This document shows positions 51,928 to 62,552 of a stretch of DNA of 64,000 nt, piece by piece. The notes under the pieces were generated by a model, which had not been told where the DNA came from, searched no databases, and saw only the letters and a program-made list of their open reading frames with translations. Numbering within the stretch: the first letter of the stretch is position 1; the number at the start of each line of letters is the position of its first letter. This stretch comes from Dehalococcoidia bacterium (lineage in GTDB: Bacteria > Chloroflexota > Dehalococcoidia > GIF9 > UBA5629): NCBI GenBank assembly GCA_050011565.1, contig JBEKIW010000002.1, positions 256,001 to 320,000 of the forward strand. The letters are read 5' to 3'. A program made the translations under genes and the position numbers.

Positions 51928-51936
51928 ATTATAACA
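51928..51936 (-). promoter_or_regulatory. Extended -10 promoter for leader/yedF-like transcript
   Basis: Minus strand TGTTATAAT ~40 nt upstream of the leader RBS. Confidence 0.6.
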
Positions 51937-51994
51937 TCAATAAGCTGTTTGCGCTAATTATCTGTAAGGATGCGCATTAAAAGTATTCTGAAGC

Positions 51995-53059
51995 CTACTT
52001 CGCCTGGCTCAGCCGTTTCTTGAGGTAGTCGATGGCCTTTACCGGCGTGGGGTCTATCTCGTTGAGTATGGCCAGGTAATAGCTAACCCAATCGCCGAGG
52101 TAAATCAGGCCCATCATCTGACTCAGTTCATTTTTGCCCTGGCTATCAATGGTCTCGTGGCTGATTCCGCTCTGCTTTAATAGCTCGCCGGTAACCTGGT
52201 AGCGAATCAACATTCGGGGGTGCAGGGATGGAGAGCGGAGCATGACTACATATATTCTGGCGGCTAGTTCCCGGGGGAACTGGTAGCCGACGACAGCGTT
52301 GTGGTTAAGCTCGGAGAAAGTTTCGTAGAAAGCCGAGGCTTTGCTGTTCTCGTTAATTTGCGTTTTCCAGCGATGGGCGACCTCGGAGACAATACCGGCG
52401 CCGTAAATGACAGCTATCTTACCATCCAGCTTGGCAGCCAGTTGCTTGGCTGTGTTTGAGCCCGTGGGCACGGTCTCCTTTAGCTCGCCAAGCAGCTTAT
52501 CCAGGTCTTGAATCATCGCCTTGACCTCGGCCGTTTTGTCTTCAATGAGGTTCAGCTTTTGCAGGAAAGCTATGAGTGGCATGAAGCTGTAGCCCAGTGC
52601 CGCCCGCGGTTGGCCTTCATAGTCGATTTCGAAAACGGGCACCCCGGCATCTTCAGCCAGCTCCTTTAGTCTGCCGCCCGTGGTCATAACCAGCTTTTTA
52701 CACCTCTTCTGTAAAGCCTGAGAAAAGGCAGACAGCGTTTCCTCGGTATTTCCCGAGTAGCTAGAAGCAATTACCAGCGTCTTTTCGTCAACAAAAGCGG
52801 GCAGGTCATAATCGCGGTTAACGAAAATAATCGGTTTCTTTTTCGATGAAAGCAGGCTGCGGACTAAATCGCCGCCTATGGCCGAGCCGCCCATTCCCAG
52901 AACCACTACTTTATCGACGTTCCTGTAATCTTTGGGCAATTGGAATCTTTCAGCTTTGTTCCAGGCGGCGCGGCACTGCCGGGGTAAGCCATGAAGGTGC
53001 CCCCGCATGTTTGCCGGGTCGAGCTGTTTATATAGTTGAATGTCGTCTAAATTGACCAT
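51995..53059 (-). CDS. Bifunctional phosphoglucose/phosphomannose isomerase
   Basis: GMGGSAIGG, SYSGNTEET, QINENSK, ELNHN. Confidence 0.92.
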   Translation of the reverse strand: MVNLDDIQLYKQLDPANMRGHLHGLPRQCRAAWNKAERFQLPKDYRNVDKVVVLGMGGSAIGGDLVRSLLSSKKKPIIFVNRDYDLPAFVDEKTLVIASSYSGNTEETLSAFSQALQKRCKKLVMTTGGRLKELAEDAGVPVFEIDYEGQPRAALGYSFMPLIAFLQKLNLIEDKTAEVKAMIQDLDKLLGELKETVPTGSNTAKQLAAKLDGKIAVIYGAGIVSEVAHRWKTQINENSKASAFYETFSELNHNAVVGYQFPRELAARIYVVMLRSPSLHPRMLIRYQVTGELLKQSGISHETIDSQGKNELSQMMGLIYLGDWVSYYLAILNEIDPTPVKAIDYLKKRLSQAK

Positions 53060-53062
53060 ATC

Positions 53063-54487
53063 TTATAGCCCCAACATTTTCTTGCCGCTGTCCAGCAGCT
53101 TCTGCACCTGCTTGACGGTATTACTTTCGGCATAGATGCGGATGAGCGGCTCGGTGCCAGAGAAGCGGATGAGCAGCCAGGAATCATCGGACAAAATATA
53201 ACGGAAGCCATCCGTGGTGTCCAGTTTGGCTACCTGCATGCCGGCTATGGACTTGATTGAACTCTTAGCCAGCTTGTCGGTATATTTTTGACGTTCATCC
53301 TCGCCAATGTGGACGTCAATGCGGTCGTAGTAATGAGGACCAACCTTGCTGAACAAGTAGTCCAATAGTTGCGACGGCGTCTTGCCCGTTTTTATCATGA
53401 AGTCGAGAAAGTACAAGCCGGCGAGTATACCGTCGCGCTCAGGGACATGGCCGCGGAAGCCATAGCCGCCGCTCTCCTCGCCACCGATGAGGGCATTCTT
53501 CTCTATCATCAGCGGCGCTACATATTTGAAGCCCACCGACGTCTCATAAACAGGGACGTTGAAAAGCTTCCCCAGCCGGTCAATCATCACGGTGTCGCTC
53601 AAGGTCTTTATTATGGCACCCCGCTCGCCGCGGACCTCCAGGAAGTAAAGCACGAGCAGGGCGAAGACCTGCAGCTGATTAATGAAGTTTCCTTTCTCAT
53701 CGACGATGCCGATACGGTCGGCATCGCCGTCGTTGGCCATACCCACATTTGCCTTCTGCTCCTTAATTAGGCTGGAAAGCTTAGCCAGGTTTTTGGCGAT
53801 AGGCTCGGGGTTTATTCCGGGGAAGCTCGGGTTGCGCTCGCCGTTAATCGGTATAACTTCTATTTTGCTGCCCTGGAGTAGCTGTGTGAAATAGCCGATG
53901 CCAGCCCCGTACATGGAATCAACGATAACCTTCAGCGGGCTGCGGCGAATAGCTTCCAGGTCAATGAGGCGCCCTAACTGCTTGAAATACACCGGGTCCG
54001 GGTCTAAGTATGTAATAAGCCCGCTGTTCAGGCCATCAGCCAGAGGACTTCGCTTCACCTCTCCTGTGGACAGGGCTTCGTTGGCATTCTTTTCTATTTC
54101 TGCGGCGACCTCAGACGGAGCGCTGGCTCCAAGGTCATCCTTGAATTTGAACCCGTTCCAGCGGGCAGGGTTGTGGCTGGCGGTGATTATTATGCCACCG
54201 GCTGATTTGGTGGCGGTGACGGCGTAGCTTATCACCGGCGTTGGTGCTGCTTTGGAGCACAGGTTTACCTTAATTTTGTTTCCGGCAAGTACCTCGGCGG
54301 CAGCTGCTGCGAAATCTTCGGAAGCAAAACGGGTATCATAGCCGATGACCAGACCACGGTCGGTGAGCTTAGCCCGATTCAAGTACTTAGCTACACCTTG
54401 AGCGCAAGCCCGGACATTATCGAAGGTAAAGTCCTCGGCGATGACTGCTCGCCAGCCGTCGGTGCCGAATTTAATAACCTTATCCAT
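53063..54487 (-). CDS. Phosphoglucomutase/phosphomannomutase
   Basis: FGTDGWR, TASHNP, DGDADR, GEESGG, RFSGTEP. Confidence 0.93.
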   Translation of the reverse strand: MDKVIKFGTDGWRAVIAEDFTFDNVRACAQGVAKYLNRAKLTDRGLVIGYDTRFASEDFAAAAAEVLAGNKIKVNLCSKAAPTPVISYAVTATKSAGGIIITASHNPARWNGFKFKDDLGASAPSEVAAEIEKNANEALSTGEVKRSPLADGLNSGLITYLDPDPVYFKQLGRLIDLEAIRRSPLKVIVDSMYGAGIGYFTQLLQGSKIEVIPINGERNPSFPGINPEPIAKNLAKLSSLIKEQKANVGMANDGDADRIGIVDEKGNFINQLQVFALLVLYFLEVRGERGAIIKTLSDTVMIDRLGKLFNVPVYETSVGFKYVAPLMIEKNALIGGEESGGYGFRGHVPERDGILAGLYFLDFMIKTGKTPSQLLDYLFSKVGPHYYDRIDVHIGEDERQKYTDKLAKSSIKSIAGMQVAKLDTTDGFRYILSDDSWLLIRFSGTEPLIRIYAESNTVKQVQKLLDSGKKMLGL

Positions 54488-54496
54488 CTGCCTTCT

Positions 54497-55714
54497 TTAG
54501 TCTTTTAATCCCGCCTCGGCCCTGAGTATTTTGGCCTTGTCCGTTTTCTCCCAGGACAGCTCGAGGTCGTCTCTGCCGAAATGCCCGTAGGTGGCGGTCT
54601 GCCGGTAAATGGGGCGGCGGAGGTCGAGATACCTGATAATGGCTTCGGGGCGGAAATCGAAATGCTCATGAATCAGGTCAACGATGGTCTTATCCGGTAC
54701 CTTGCCGGTGCCGAAGGTCTCGCAGGAGATAGACAACGGATGGGCAACGCCGATGGCATAGGCAACCTGCACTTCAAGGCGGTCGGCCAGTCCGGCAGCC
54801 ACCAGGTTTTTAGCCGCGTAACGGGCCATATAGCTGGCGGAGCGGTCGACCTTGGTCGGGTCTTTTCCGGAGAAGGCTCCACCGCCATGGCGTGCATAGC
54901 CGCCGTAGGTATCGACCAGTATCTTACGGCCGGTAAAACCGGTATCCGATACCGGCCCGCCGATAACAAAACGGCCGGCGCCGTTAACGTAATACTTGGT
55001 ATTTTTATCCAGCAGTTTGGCCGGAATAACAGCTTTTATTACCTTTTCTATTATGCCTTTCCTGATAGTATCGTTGTCTACATCGGGATTGTGTTGAGCG
55101 CCGATAACCACCGAATCTATCCTCTTCGGCAAACCGCGGCAGTATTCCACAGTCACCTGTGATTTACCATCCGGGCGAAGGTAAGGCAGAATCTTCTCCT
55201 GCCTGACTCGAGCCAGGCGACGGCACAGCTTATTAGCCAGCGATATGGGCAGCGGCATAAGCTCAGGCGTCTCGTTGCAGGCGAAGCCGAACATCATACC
55301 CTGGTCGCCAGCGCCGGTTTTATCCAGCTCATCGACGCCTTTCTTTTTGTCTCTGACTTCCATCGCCTGGCTGACACCGGCGGAAATATCGGTCGATTGC
55401 TGCTTTATAGATACCAGTGTGCCGCAGCTTTTATAATCAAAGCCGTATTCCGGCTTGATATAACCGGCATCACGGACCACCTTATGCACGATGTCGGGTA
55501 TTTCTATATAGCAGTTGGTAGTAATCTCACCCAGAACGATTACCAGCCCCACAGTCACGGCGACTTCGCAAGCCACCCGGCCGAAGGGGTCTTGTTCCAT
55601 TATGGCATCGAGCACGGCGTCGGAAACCTGGTCACAGAGTTTGTCCGGATGTCCTTCGGTCACCGACTCCGAGGCGAAAAAATAACAAGGCTGCTCATTA
55701 AAGCTATTCGACAT
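54497..55714 (-). CDS. metK: S-adenosylmethionine synthetase
   Basis: [26 protein letters not shown]. Confidence 0.97.
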   Translation of the reverse strand: MSNSFNEQPCYFFASESVTEGHPDKLCDQVSDAVLDAIMEQDPFGRVACEVAVTVGLVIVLGEITTNCYIEIPDIVHKVVRDAGYIKPEYGFDYKSCGTLVSIKQQSTDISAGVSQAMEVRDKKKGVDELDKTGAGDQGMMFGFACNETPELMPLPISLANKLCRRLARVRQEKILPYLRPDGKSQVTVEYCRGLPKRIDSVVIGAQHNPDVDNDTIRKGIIEKVIKAVIPAKLLDKNTKYYVNGAGRFVIGGPVSDTGFTGRKILVDTYGGYARHGGGAFSGKDPTKVDRSASYMARYAAKNLVAAGLADRLEVQVAYAIGVAHPLSISCETFGTGKVPDKTIVDLIHEHFDFRPEAIIRYLDLRRPIYRQTATYGHFGRDDLELSWEKTDKAKILRAEAGLKD

Positions 55715-55728
55715 TTTTTCTCCTTTAA

Positions 55729-56994
<1,266 letters not shown>

Positions 56995-57062
56995 CTACTC
57001 CTTATTATAATTTATCTAAAATCTGTCTGCATGAGGGAGCACTCCAGCACAACATCCTGCTA

Positions 57063-57926
57063 TCACATGAACTGCTCCGCCACGTAGTCAGGTATATCCA
57101 GCGAGCCCATAATAATTGGTTTCTGATGGCAATCGCTGCCGCCGGTCAAGAACAGGTCGTGACTTTTGGCAAACTCAATGTAATGCGCAGTTGTTTTAGC
57201 GCCATTTGTTGTATGCCAGCACTCTATACCATCAACGTATTCCAGCATATATTCTTCGATAATCTTTGTCTGCGTCTCTAAATCAGATGTTATGCTGTCC
57301 AGTGACGTCCCGTGCGGGTCACTGGGATGCGCCAGTACAAGTATGCCGCCGGCGTTCCTGATTAACATTGATGCTTCAGCCAGCGAAAGCGGAAACTTGG
57401 GGACATCCAACCTGACCAGATATCTATCAAACGCTTCTTGAAGACTGCTGACAATCCCTTTTTCCACCAGATATCTGGCTATGTGAGGTCGACCGAAGGC
57501 GCCATCGACGCTGTCCTGTACGTTCCTGATGTCCGCTTGGTTAAATCTGGCGATGTTCTCCTTATCGAATTCAATGTTCAGCTTCTCCAGAATTTCACGC
57601 GCTCTTACCTCTCTGCGCCGCCTTATCAATTCAAGTTTATTCTTCAGCTCCCGGTCGCCGATATCAAACTGGTATCCCAGGAAGTCCAGAGAAATGGACC
57701 TGCCGGGTTCGGGGGGATATTGGAATGTGACGTTCAATTCTATGCCGGTAATATAATTAATGCCATATTTCGTAGCCAGAGACAGGGCTTTTTTCTGGCA
57801 TTCTATGGAATCGTGGTCGGTCAGCGATATTAAATCGATATTTTTTCTCTTGGCTTCCCGGAGTACCTCGTCTACATGCAGATTGCCATCCGAACATGTG
57901 GTATGTATATGTAAGTCTATTTTCAT
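57063..57926 (-). CDS. PHP-domain phosphoesterase
   Basis: DLHIHT..SDG, TDHD, GRPH, LAHP, GGSDCH. Confidence 0.9.
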   Translation of the reverse strand: MKIDLHIHTTCSDGNLHVDEVLREAKRKNIDLISLTDHDSIECQKKALSLATKYGINYITGIELNVTFQYPPEPGRSISLDFLGYQFDIGDRELKNKLELIRRRREVRAREILEKLNIEFDKENIARFNQADIRNVQDSVDGAFGRPHIARYLVEKGIVSSLQEAFDRYLVRLDVPKFPLSLAEASMLIRNAGGILVLAHPSDPHGTSLDSITSDLETQTKIIEEYMLEYVDGIECWHTTNGAKTTAHYIEFAKSHDLFLTGGSDCHQKPIIMGSLDIPDYVAEQFM

Positions 57927-58529
57927 CTATTTCTTTTGCACGCTGGTTACGTACCAGTCCTCAGGCTGGTCGTTACGGGTATCGACGATAAAGTAGATAA
58001 TATTAAGATTAGGGTACGAGCTCTTTAAGTCATCCAGCTTTACTTCTTCGAACTTCTTTTTGTTACTTAAATAGGCTTCTTCAGTTAGTGCATTCGATTC
58101 ATAATTTTCCTTGGTACGCCTTAATATGCGGGCGATAGCCACTTCTTTGGGGCAGTCCGTTTGCATGATGATGAAGGTCAGGTTGTGCTTGGCGGCTATG
58201 GCAGCAGCACGTCGTCTTAACGACTGGGTGACGAAGGTGGCATCGAGAATCACGCCGTCGCCCTTTCCCAGTATCTTTTCAGCCCGCGAGAACATCTCGT
58301 CATAGACCAGTGATCGTTTGTCCATATTAGAGGCCACTTTTTCATCGAATATATCCTCGTTTTTCAGCACCTCGAGTCTGATCAGGTCGGTTCGAAGCAG
58401 CCGATAACCTTTAATCCGCGACACTTCTTCAGTCGTCTCGGTTTTCCAGGTACCGGGCAGGCCGCAAACGATGAGTAAGAAACCTGCACCCAACTGGTTT
58501 TTCACGAATTCAGCAAACGGCTGTCTCAA
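57927..58529 (-). CDS. P-loop kinase (AAA_33-like)
   Basis: CGLPGTWKT, VILDATF. Confidence 0.8.
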   Translation of the reverse strand: MRQPFAEFVKNQLGAGFLLIVCGLPGTWKTETTEEVSRIKGYRLLRTDLIRLEVLKNEDIFDEKVASNMDKRSLVYDEMFSRAEKILGKGDGVILDATFVTQSLRRRAAAIAAKHNLTFIIMQTDCPKEVAIARILRRTKENYESNALTEEAYLSNKKKFEEVKLDDLKSSYPNLNIIYFIVDTRNDQPEDWYVTSVQKK

Positions 58530-58599
58530 TATATTGACTCCTTGCAGGGAATCCTAAACATTCTCTTAATTACGTTTAGCTGACTCCGTTGTTAATATA

Positions 58600-59601
58600 T
58601 CATATATACGATTCGGCAAGCTCGAAATACTTCCTGGCCGTAGCCAGAAGGCTTGTCTTTTCAGTCTCTGGGATGTAGGGGTCATCCAGCATGAAGCTGG
58701 TCACCTTGCCTCGAACATAGGCCCGATAACACTTGTAAAAATTCAATAGCTCAGGCAGTTCTTTATCCCGGCTCAGACGTATATAGGCGTCGACAAAGAC
58801 CCGTGACAGGTCGGCATGCCGGAAACGGTCTAAGTCCATAGCCAGGAAGGCGACTTCGGAGGCGACGTCGCCGTATCTGAACCTGTCGTTGAACTCGATG
58901 CAGTCGTAGATACAGATTCCATTGGTCAGACAAACGTGGGCAGCATGGAGGTCGCCGTGGCAGTCTCTTATCCTGCCGTCTTTAACGCGCTTATTGAACA
59001 GGGACTTATTGGATTTAAGGAAGTTATCGGTGTAAGCCTTGATTTGATTGTATTTGTCGGAAGGTGTGGAAATATCAATATATTTCTCGGTCTGGGAGAA
59101 GTTCTCATCGGTGTTTATCTTAATGGCCTCCGGTTTTCCGTACGCGCTAATTTCCGGGCTGGTTACGGCCTTATGATGAAATGCCGCCAGTTTCTCAGCT
59201 ACCCTGGCCACCATCTCCCCGGTCACCAGGTTCTGAGGTAAGAGCTTGTCCATCATCCGGTCGGCAGGTAGCTGTTTCATTTTGACGGCGTATTCGATTA
59301 TTCCCCCTTCGCCGCCAAGATGTATTTGACCCCGGCGGATGACTATGGGCACGACTTCTAAATAGGTGTCCGGGCAGAGGCGTCTATTCAGCTCTATTTC
59401 CTGCTGACAGAAGAAGCGGCGCTTCTCCAGTGAGGTATAGTCCAGGTAGCCTAAATCTACCGGTTTTTTAACTTTATAGACGTAGTCGCCGGTGAGGAAG
59501 AGAAAGGACATCTGTGTCTGCACCAGCTCCACCTTTTGGGGATGGTGAGCATAGGTTTCAGGTTTAAGTAATACCTCAACCAGAGCCGGGGGCTTTGACA
59601 T
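58600..59601 (-). CDS. Aminoglycoside-phosphotransferase-like protein (Rv2004c N-domain type)
   Basis: YKVKKPV, EIELNRRL, RDCHGDLH, DCIEFN, FLAMDL. Confidence 0.85.
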   Translation of the reverse strand: MSKPPALVEVLLKPETYAHHPQKVELVQTQMSFLFLTGDYVYKVKKPVDLGYLDYTSLEKRRFFCQQEIELNRRLCPDTYLEVVPIVIRRGQIHLGGEGGIIEYAVKMKQLPADRMMDKLLPQNLVTGEMVARVAEKLAAFHHKAVTSPEISAYGKPEAIKINTDENFSQTEKYIDISTPSDKYNQIKAYTDNFLKSNKSLFNKRVKDGRIRDCHGDLHAAHVCLTNGICIYDCIEFNDRFRYGDVASEVAFLAMDLDRFRHADLSRVFVDAYIRLSRDKELPELLNFYKCYRAYVRGKVTSFMLDDPYIPETEKTSLLATARKYFELAESYI

Positions 59602-59615
59602 GGCTCCTACTGACC

Positions 59616-60026
59616 TCAGGCTTCGAGGCTGAACAGTGGTCGGGCTTCGTCTCCGGCGGAGTATTTATCGCCGGGAAAAACAGCATGCCCCATTTTCACC
59701 TTCTTACCCATTATATCCATGGTCACTTTGTTCGGGTCGATGCCGGTCAGGTTGCCCATTATCCACGGTCCTTCATCGAGCTCCGTCATTACTATAACGT
59801 ACGGGCATTCGCCTTCGCGCCCTTCCGGGGGCACGAAGACGGTGGTGAAAGTCTGGATTTTGCCCTTGCCGCTTAGTTCCACGATATCCATATCGGTGCT
59901 GGCGCATTTGCTGCAGGCTATTCTGGGCGGCACTGTAACTGTGCCACACTGTTTGCACTTTAATCCCAGCAGCTTGTTTTGTTTCAGCGCCTCATTATAT
60001 TGTTTAAAATTCAGTTTATGTTCCAA
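59616..60026 (-). CDS. DUF35 Zn-ribbon/OB-fold protein (thiolase partner)
   Basis: CKQCG..PPRIACSKC, GKIQTFT. Confidence 0.9.
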   Translation of the reverse strand: MEHKLNFKQYNEALKQNKLLGLKCKQCGTVTVPPRIACSKCASTDMDIVELSGKGKIQTFTTVFVPPEGREGECPYVIVMTELDEGPWIMGNLTGIDPNKVTMDIMGKKVKMGHAVFPGDKYSAGDEARPLFSLEA

Positions 60027-60056
60027 TTATAACCTCCTGGTGAATTAGGCGACGGC

Positions 60057-61235
60057 CTAAGACCACCCTTTCTTCAGAATCACGTTACACAGCGTGCCGC
60101 CGTCGCCGCCGAGCGTATCGGTCATGCCTACTTTGGCGCCTTCGACCTGGCGCTCACCACATTCGCCTCTCAGCTGCCTGACTATCTCATACACCTGGGC
60201 GGTGCCGGTGGCGCCTATGGGATGTCCCTTGGCTTTGAGTCCGCCGGAAGGATTTACGGGCAGCCTCCCTCCAATCCTGGTCTCACCTTTCTCCACCGCT
60301 TCGCCGGACTTTCCCAACTCGAAAAGGCCCAGACCTTCCAGTGCGATAATGGTGGCTATGCTGAAGCAATCGTGAAGCTCAATGACATCTATATCCCTGG
60401 GGCTAAGTCCCGCCATCTTATAGGACTGCGCAGCCGCCAGCTCTCTGGACCTGAGCCGCGGTAGATATTCACTCTGGCTGAGTAAGTTGCCGGCTGAGGC
60501 CTGACCCACGCCGGCGACGAAAACAGGCTTATTGGTCAGCTTTTTCGCCTTGTCTTCCGAGACCAGGACCACTGCCGAGCCGCCATCGGAGAACGGGCAG
60601 CAGTCGTATAGCTGTAAGGGCTGGCATACCATGAAGCTGTTCAATACATCATCAACAGTTATCTCTTTCTGGAACTGGGCTTTGGGATTGCGGGCACCGT
60701 AGTAGTGGGAATTGACCGTTACCTGGGCCATTTGTTTCTTCAGCCTTTCCAAAGGAATGCCATATCTCTTGGCATAAAGGTGTGCCAGCAGAGCAAAGAC
60801 GCCGGGGAAAGTTATTCCGGCCGGGTATTCGTAGCGGCTGTCGCTGGCCATAGCGAAGGTCCTGGTCGCCAGAGGCGTGCCCATCTTAGCCGCGGTCTCG
60901 GCGCCGCCGACCAGTACTATGTCATAAAACCCTGAAGCCACCCACATAAAGGCATCCCGGAAAGCGGCGCTGGATGAGGCGCAGGCATTTTCATATCTGT
61001 TGGCCGGTATATGGTAAGCACCGATGTAATCGGCAACAAACGCTTGCGGTTGTGATTGCCCCTCGGCGAAGTCGCTCAAGGCGTTGCCCATAAACAATGC
61101 CTGGATATCCTTCGGCTTCAAGTTCGACTCGTTTATGGCGTCGATGGCGGCTTCGGCAAACAGCTCGACGGCTGTCTTGTCCTGCTTGCCGCTGAATTTC
61201 GTCATCCCGACGCCCACTGCAGCTACTTTTCTCAT
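60057..61235 (-). CDS. Thiolase (SCP-x/archaeal-type acetyl-CoA acetyltransferase)
   Basis: ENACASS, ELHDCF, NPSGGLKAKGHPIGATG. Confidence 0.9.
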   Translation of the reverse strand: MRKVAAVGVGMTKFSGKQDKTAVELFAEAAIDAINESNLKPKDIQALFMGNALSDFAEGQSQPQAFVADYIGAYHIPANRYENACASSSAAFRDAFMWVASGFYDIVLVGGAETAAKMGTPLATRTFAMASDSRYEYPAGITFPGVFALLAHLYAKRYGIPLERLKKQMAQVTVNSHYYGARNPKAQFQKEITVDDVLNSFMVCQPLQLYDCCPFSDGGSAVVLVSEDKAKKLTNKPVFVAGVGQASAGNLLSQSEYLPRLRSRELAAAQSYKMAGLSPRDIDVIELHDCFSIATIIALEGLGLFELGKSGEAVEKGETRIGGRLPVNPSGGLKAKGHPIGATGTAQVYEIVRQLRGECGERQVEGAKVGMTDTLGGDGGTLCNVILKKGWS

Positions 61236-61288
61236 ATATCTATACCTCCATTAATTAGTTTCTCAACTCCCTTTTCCTCCCTTAAAAA

Positions 61289-61498
61289 CGGGAGTAATTT
61301 AGCGAGGGGCTTCGCCACTCTGTATTATCTTCCCTCTCCTTATCCAAAGAGGGTAATTTAGCGAGGGGCACCGCCACTCTATATCAACTTTATCTCTCCT
61401 CACCCAAAGAGAGTAATTTAGAGAGGGGCGAAGCCCCTCTCTGTACCACCCTCCCCCTCTCCTTACTAAAGGAGAGGGGGATAAAGGGGGTGAGGTTC
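61289..61498. repeat. Three degenerate ~59-60 bp tandem REP-like units plus terminal hairpin
   Basis: GTAATTTAGMGAGGGGC-nnn-GCCMCTCT at 61294, 61353, 61413; ends with CCCCCTCTCCTT/AAGGAGAGGGGG. Confidence 0.8.
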
Positions 61499-61505
61499 AA
61501 ACAAA

Positions 61506-62027
61506 CTATTTTATCAATTTCGGGCGGCATCGGCTACAAAAAGCCGCCTGTTTCAAATCTGTATCAGACAGGCTGTTAGAAAAGTGCATGACACATTTAG
61601 CATTTGAGCAATGCTCCAGTCCGAAAGTGTGCCCCAGTTCATGAACTGCCTCCTTGGTAGTTCTGTCCAGAAAAAGGACATCGTCAGTAGCTGAGCCGTA
61701 ATATTCCTGCCTCAAGCGACACAACGAAATAGCGGCAGTTCCGGCGGTTATGTCCGCCTGGCCGAAGATGAAGTTAAGCCCCGGCGCGTAGAGGTCGACG
61801 TCGACTATGCCCAGGACCTTTTCGCCTTTAGCCACGCCTGCCTTCTTCAGTTGGGAGAGAAGCTTTGTAGCCAGGTATTGCTTTCGCTTCGAATCATAAG
61901 CTTTCTCCAGGTTGTAATCTTCGAGTGCTATCTCTACCGGACAGCCGAAGGTCTGCTTCAACCTTCCCTTTAGCTCTTCAGGTACATTCTTATCAAAATC
62001 GCCAATCGGCTTGAGTATTATCTTCAC
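61506..62027 (-). CDS. Archaemetzincin family Zn protease
   Basis: HELGHTFGLEHC....CVM.FS....D......FC..C. Confidence 0.92.
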   Translation of the reverse strand: MKIILKPIGDFDKNVPEELKGRLKQTFGCPVEIALEDYNLEKAYDSKRKQYLATKLLSQLKKAGVAKGEKVLGIVDVDLYAPGLNFIFGQADITAGTAAISLCRLRQEYYGSATDDVLFLDRTTKEAVHELGHTFGLEHCSNAKCVMHFSNSLSDTDLKQAAFCSRCRPKLIK

Positions 62028-62034
62028 TTAATGT

Positions 62035-62547
62035 TTATTTCAGCCAATCAAGTATTTCTTTTAGAACCTGGTCGTGGTTAGCCCGGGTAAGCTCTATTAC
62101 TTTTACGTTAGTACGGCGCCTTACGTTGTCGGCGAAGGGATGAGGGTTGAGCATAATGGTGCCCAGGACTTTCTTGCCGCTGTCTATGGCCTTGAGCACC
62201 GCCTCCCTGAAGCGGGGAGAAAAAAGCTCCATCTTACCTATTTCGTCGATAACTATTAAATCGCTTTCCGCTATCGCCCGCTCAATGGCGGAAACACCGA
62301 TGTTGTCCAGATTTCCGATGTCCACGCTGTACTTGCTTACCCGGTAGCGGCTGGGGTTATCGACATGAGCCAGTATGGCATCTTGCCCATCAAGTGTGAC
62401 AATACGGAAGCCCTGCCGAGTCCCGCCGCTTCTTATCTCTTCGGTGTAAAAGCCGCCGGCCTTTATCTCCGAACCGGCTATCGCCTGTTTGATAACGGTA
62501 GTTTTACCTGTACCCGGGCTGCCGGTTAAGAGATAGACGCTGGCCAT
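62035..62547 (-). CDS. Nucleoside-triphosphatase THEP1 family
   Basis: TGSPGTGKTT, GGFYTEE, IDEIGKME. Confidence 0.92.
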   Translation of the reverse strand: MASVYLLTGSPGTGKTTVIKQAIAGSEIKAGGFYTEEIRSGGTRQGFRIVTLDGQDAILAHVDNPSRYRVSKYSVDIGNLDNIGVSAIERAIAESDLIVIDEIGKMELFSPRFREAVLKAIDSGKKVLGTIMLNPHPFADNVRRRTNVKVIELTRANHDQVLKEILDWLK

Positions 62548-62552
62548 TAAGT

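Noticed and set aside
61289-61498. Possible mini CRISPR array
   Set aside because: The 'spacers' resemble each other, the repeats are degenerate and no cas genes are present; it is a whole-unit tandem repeat.
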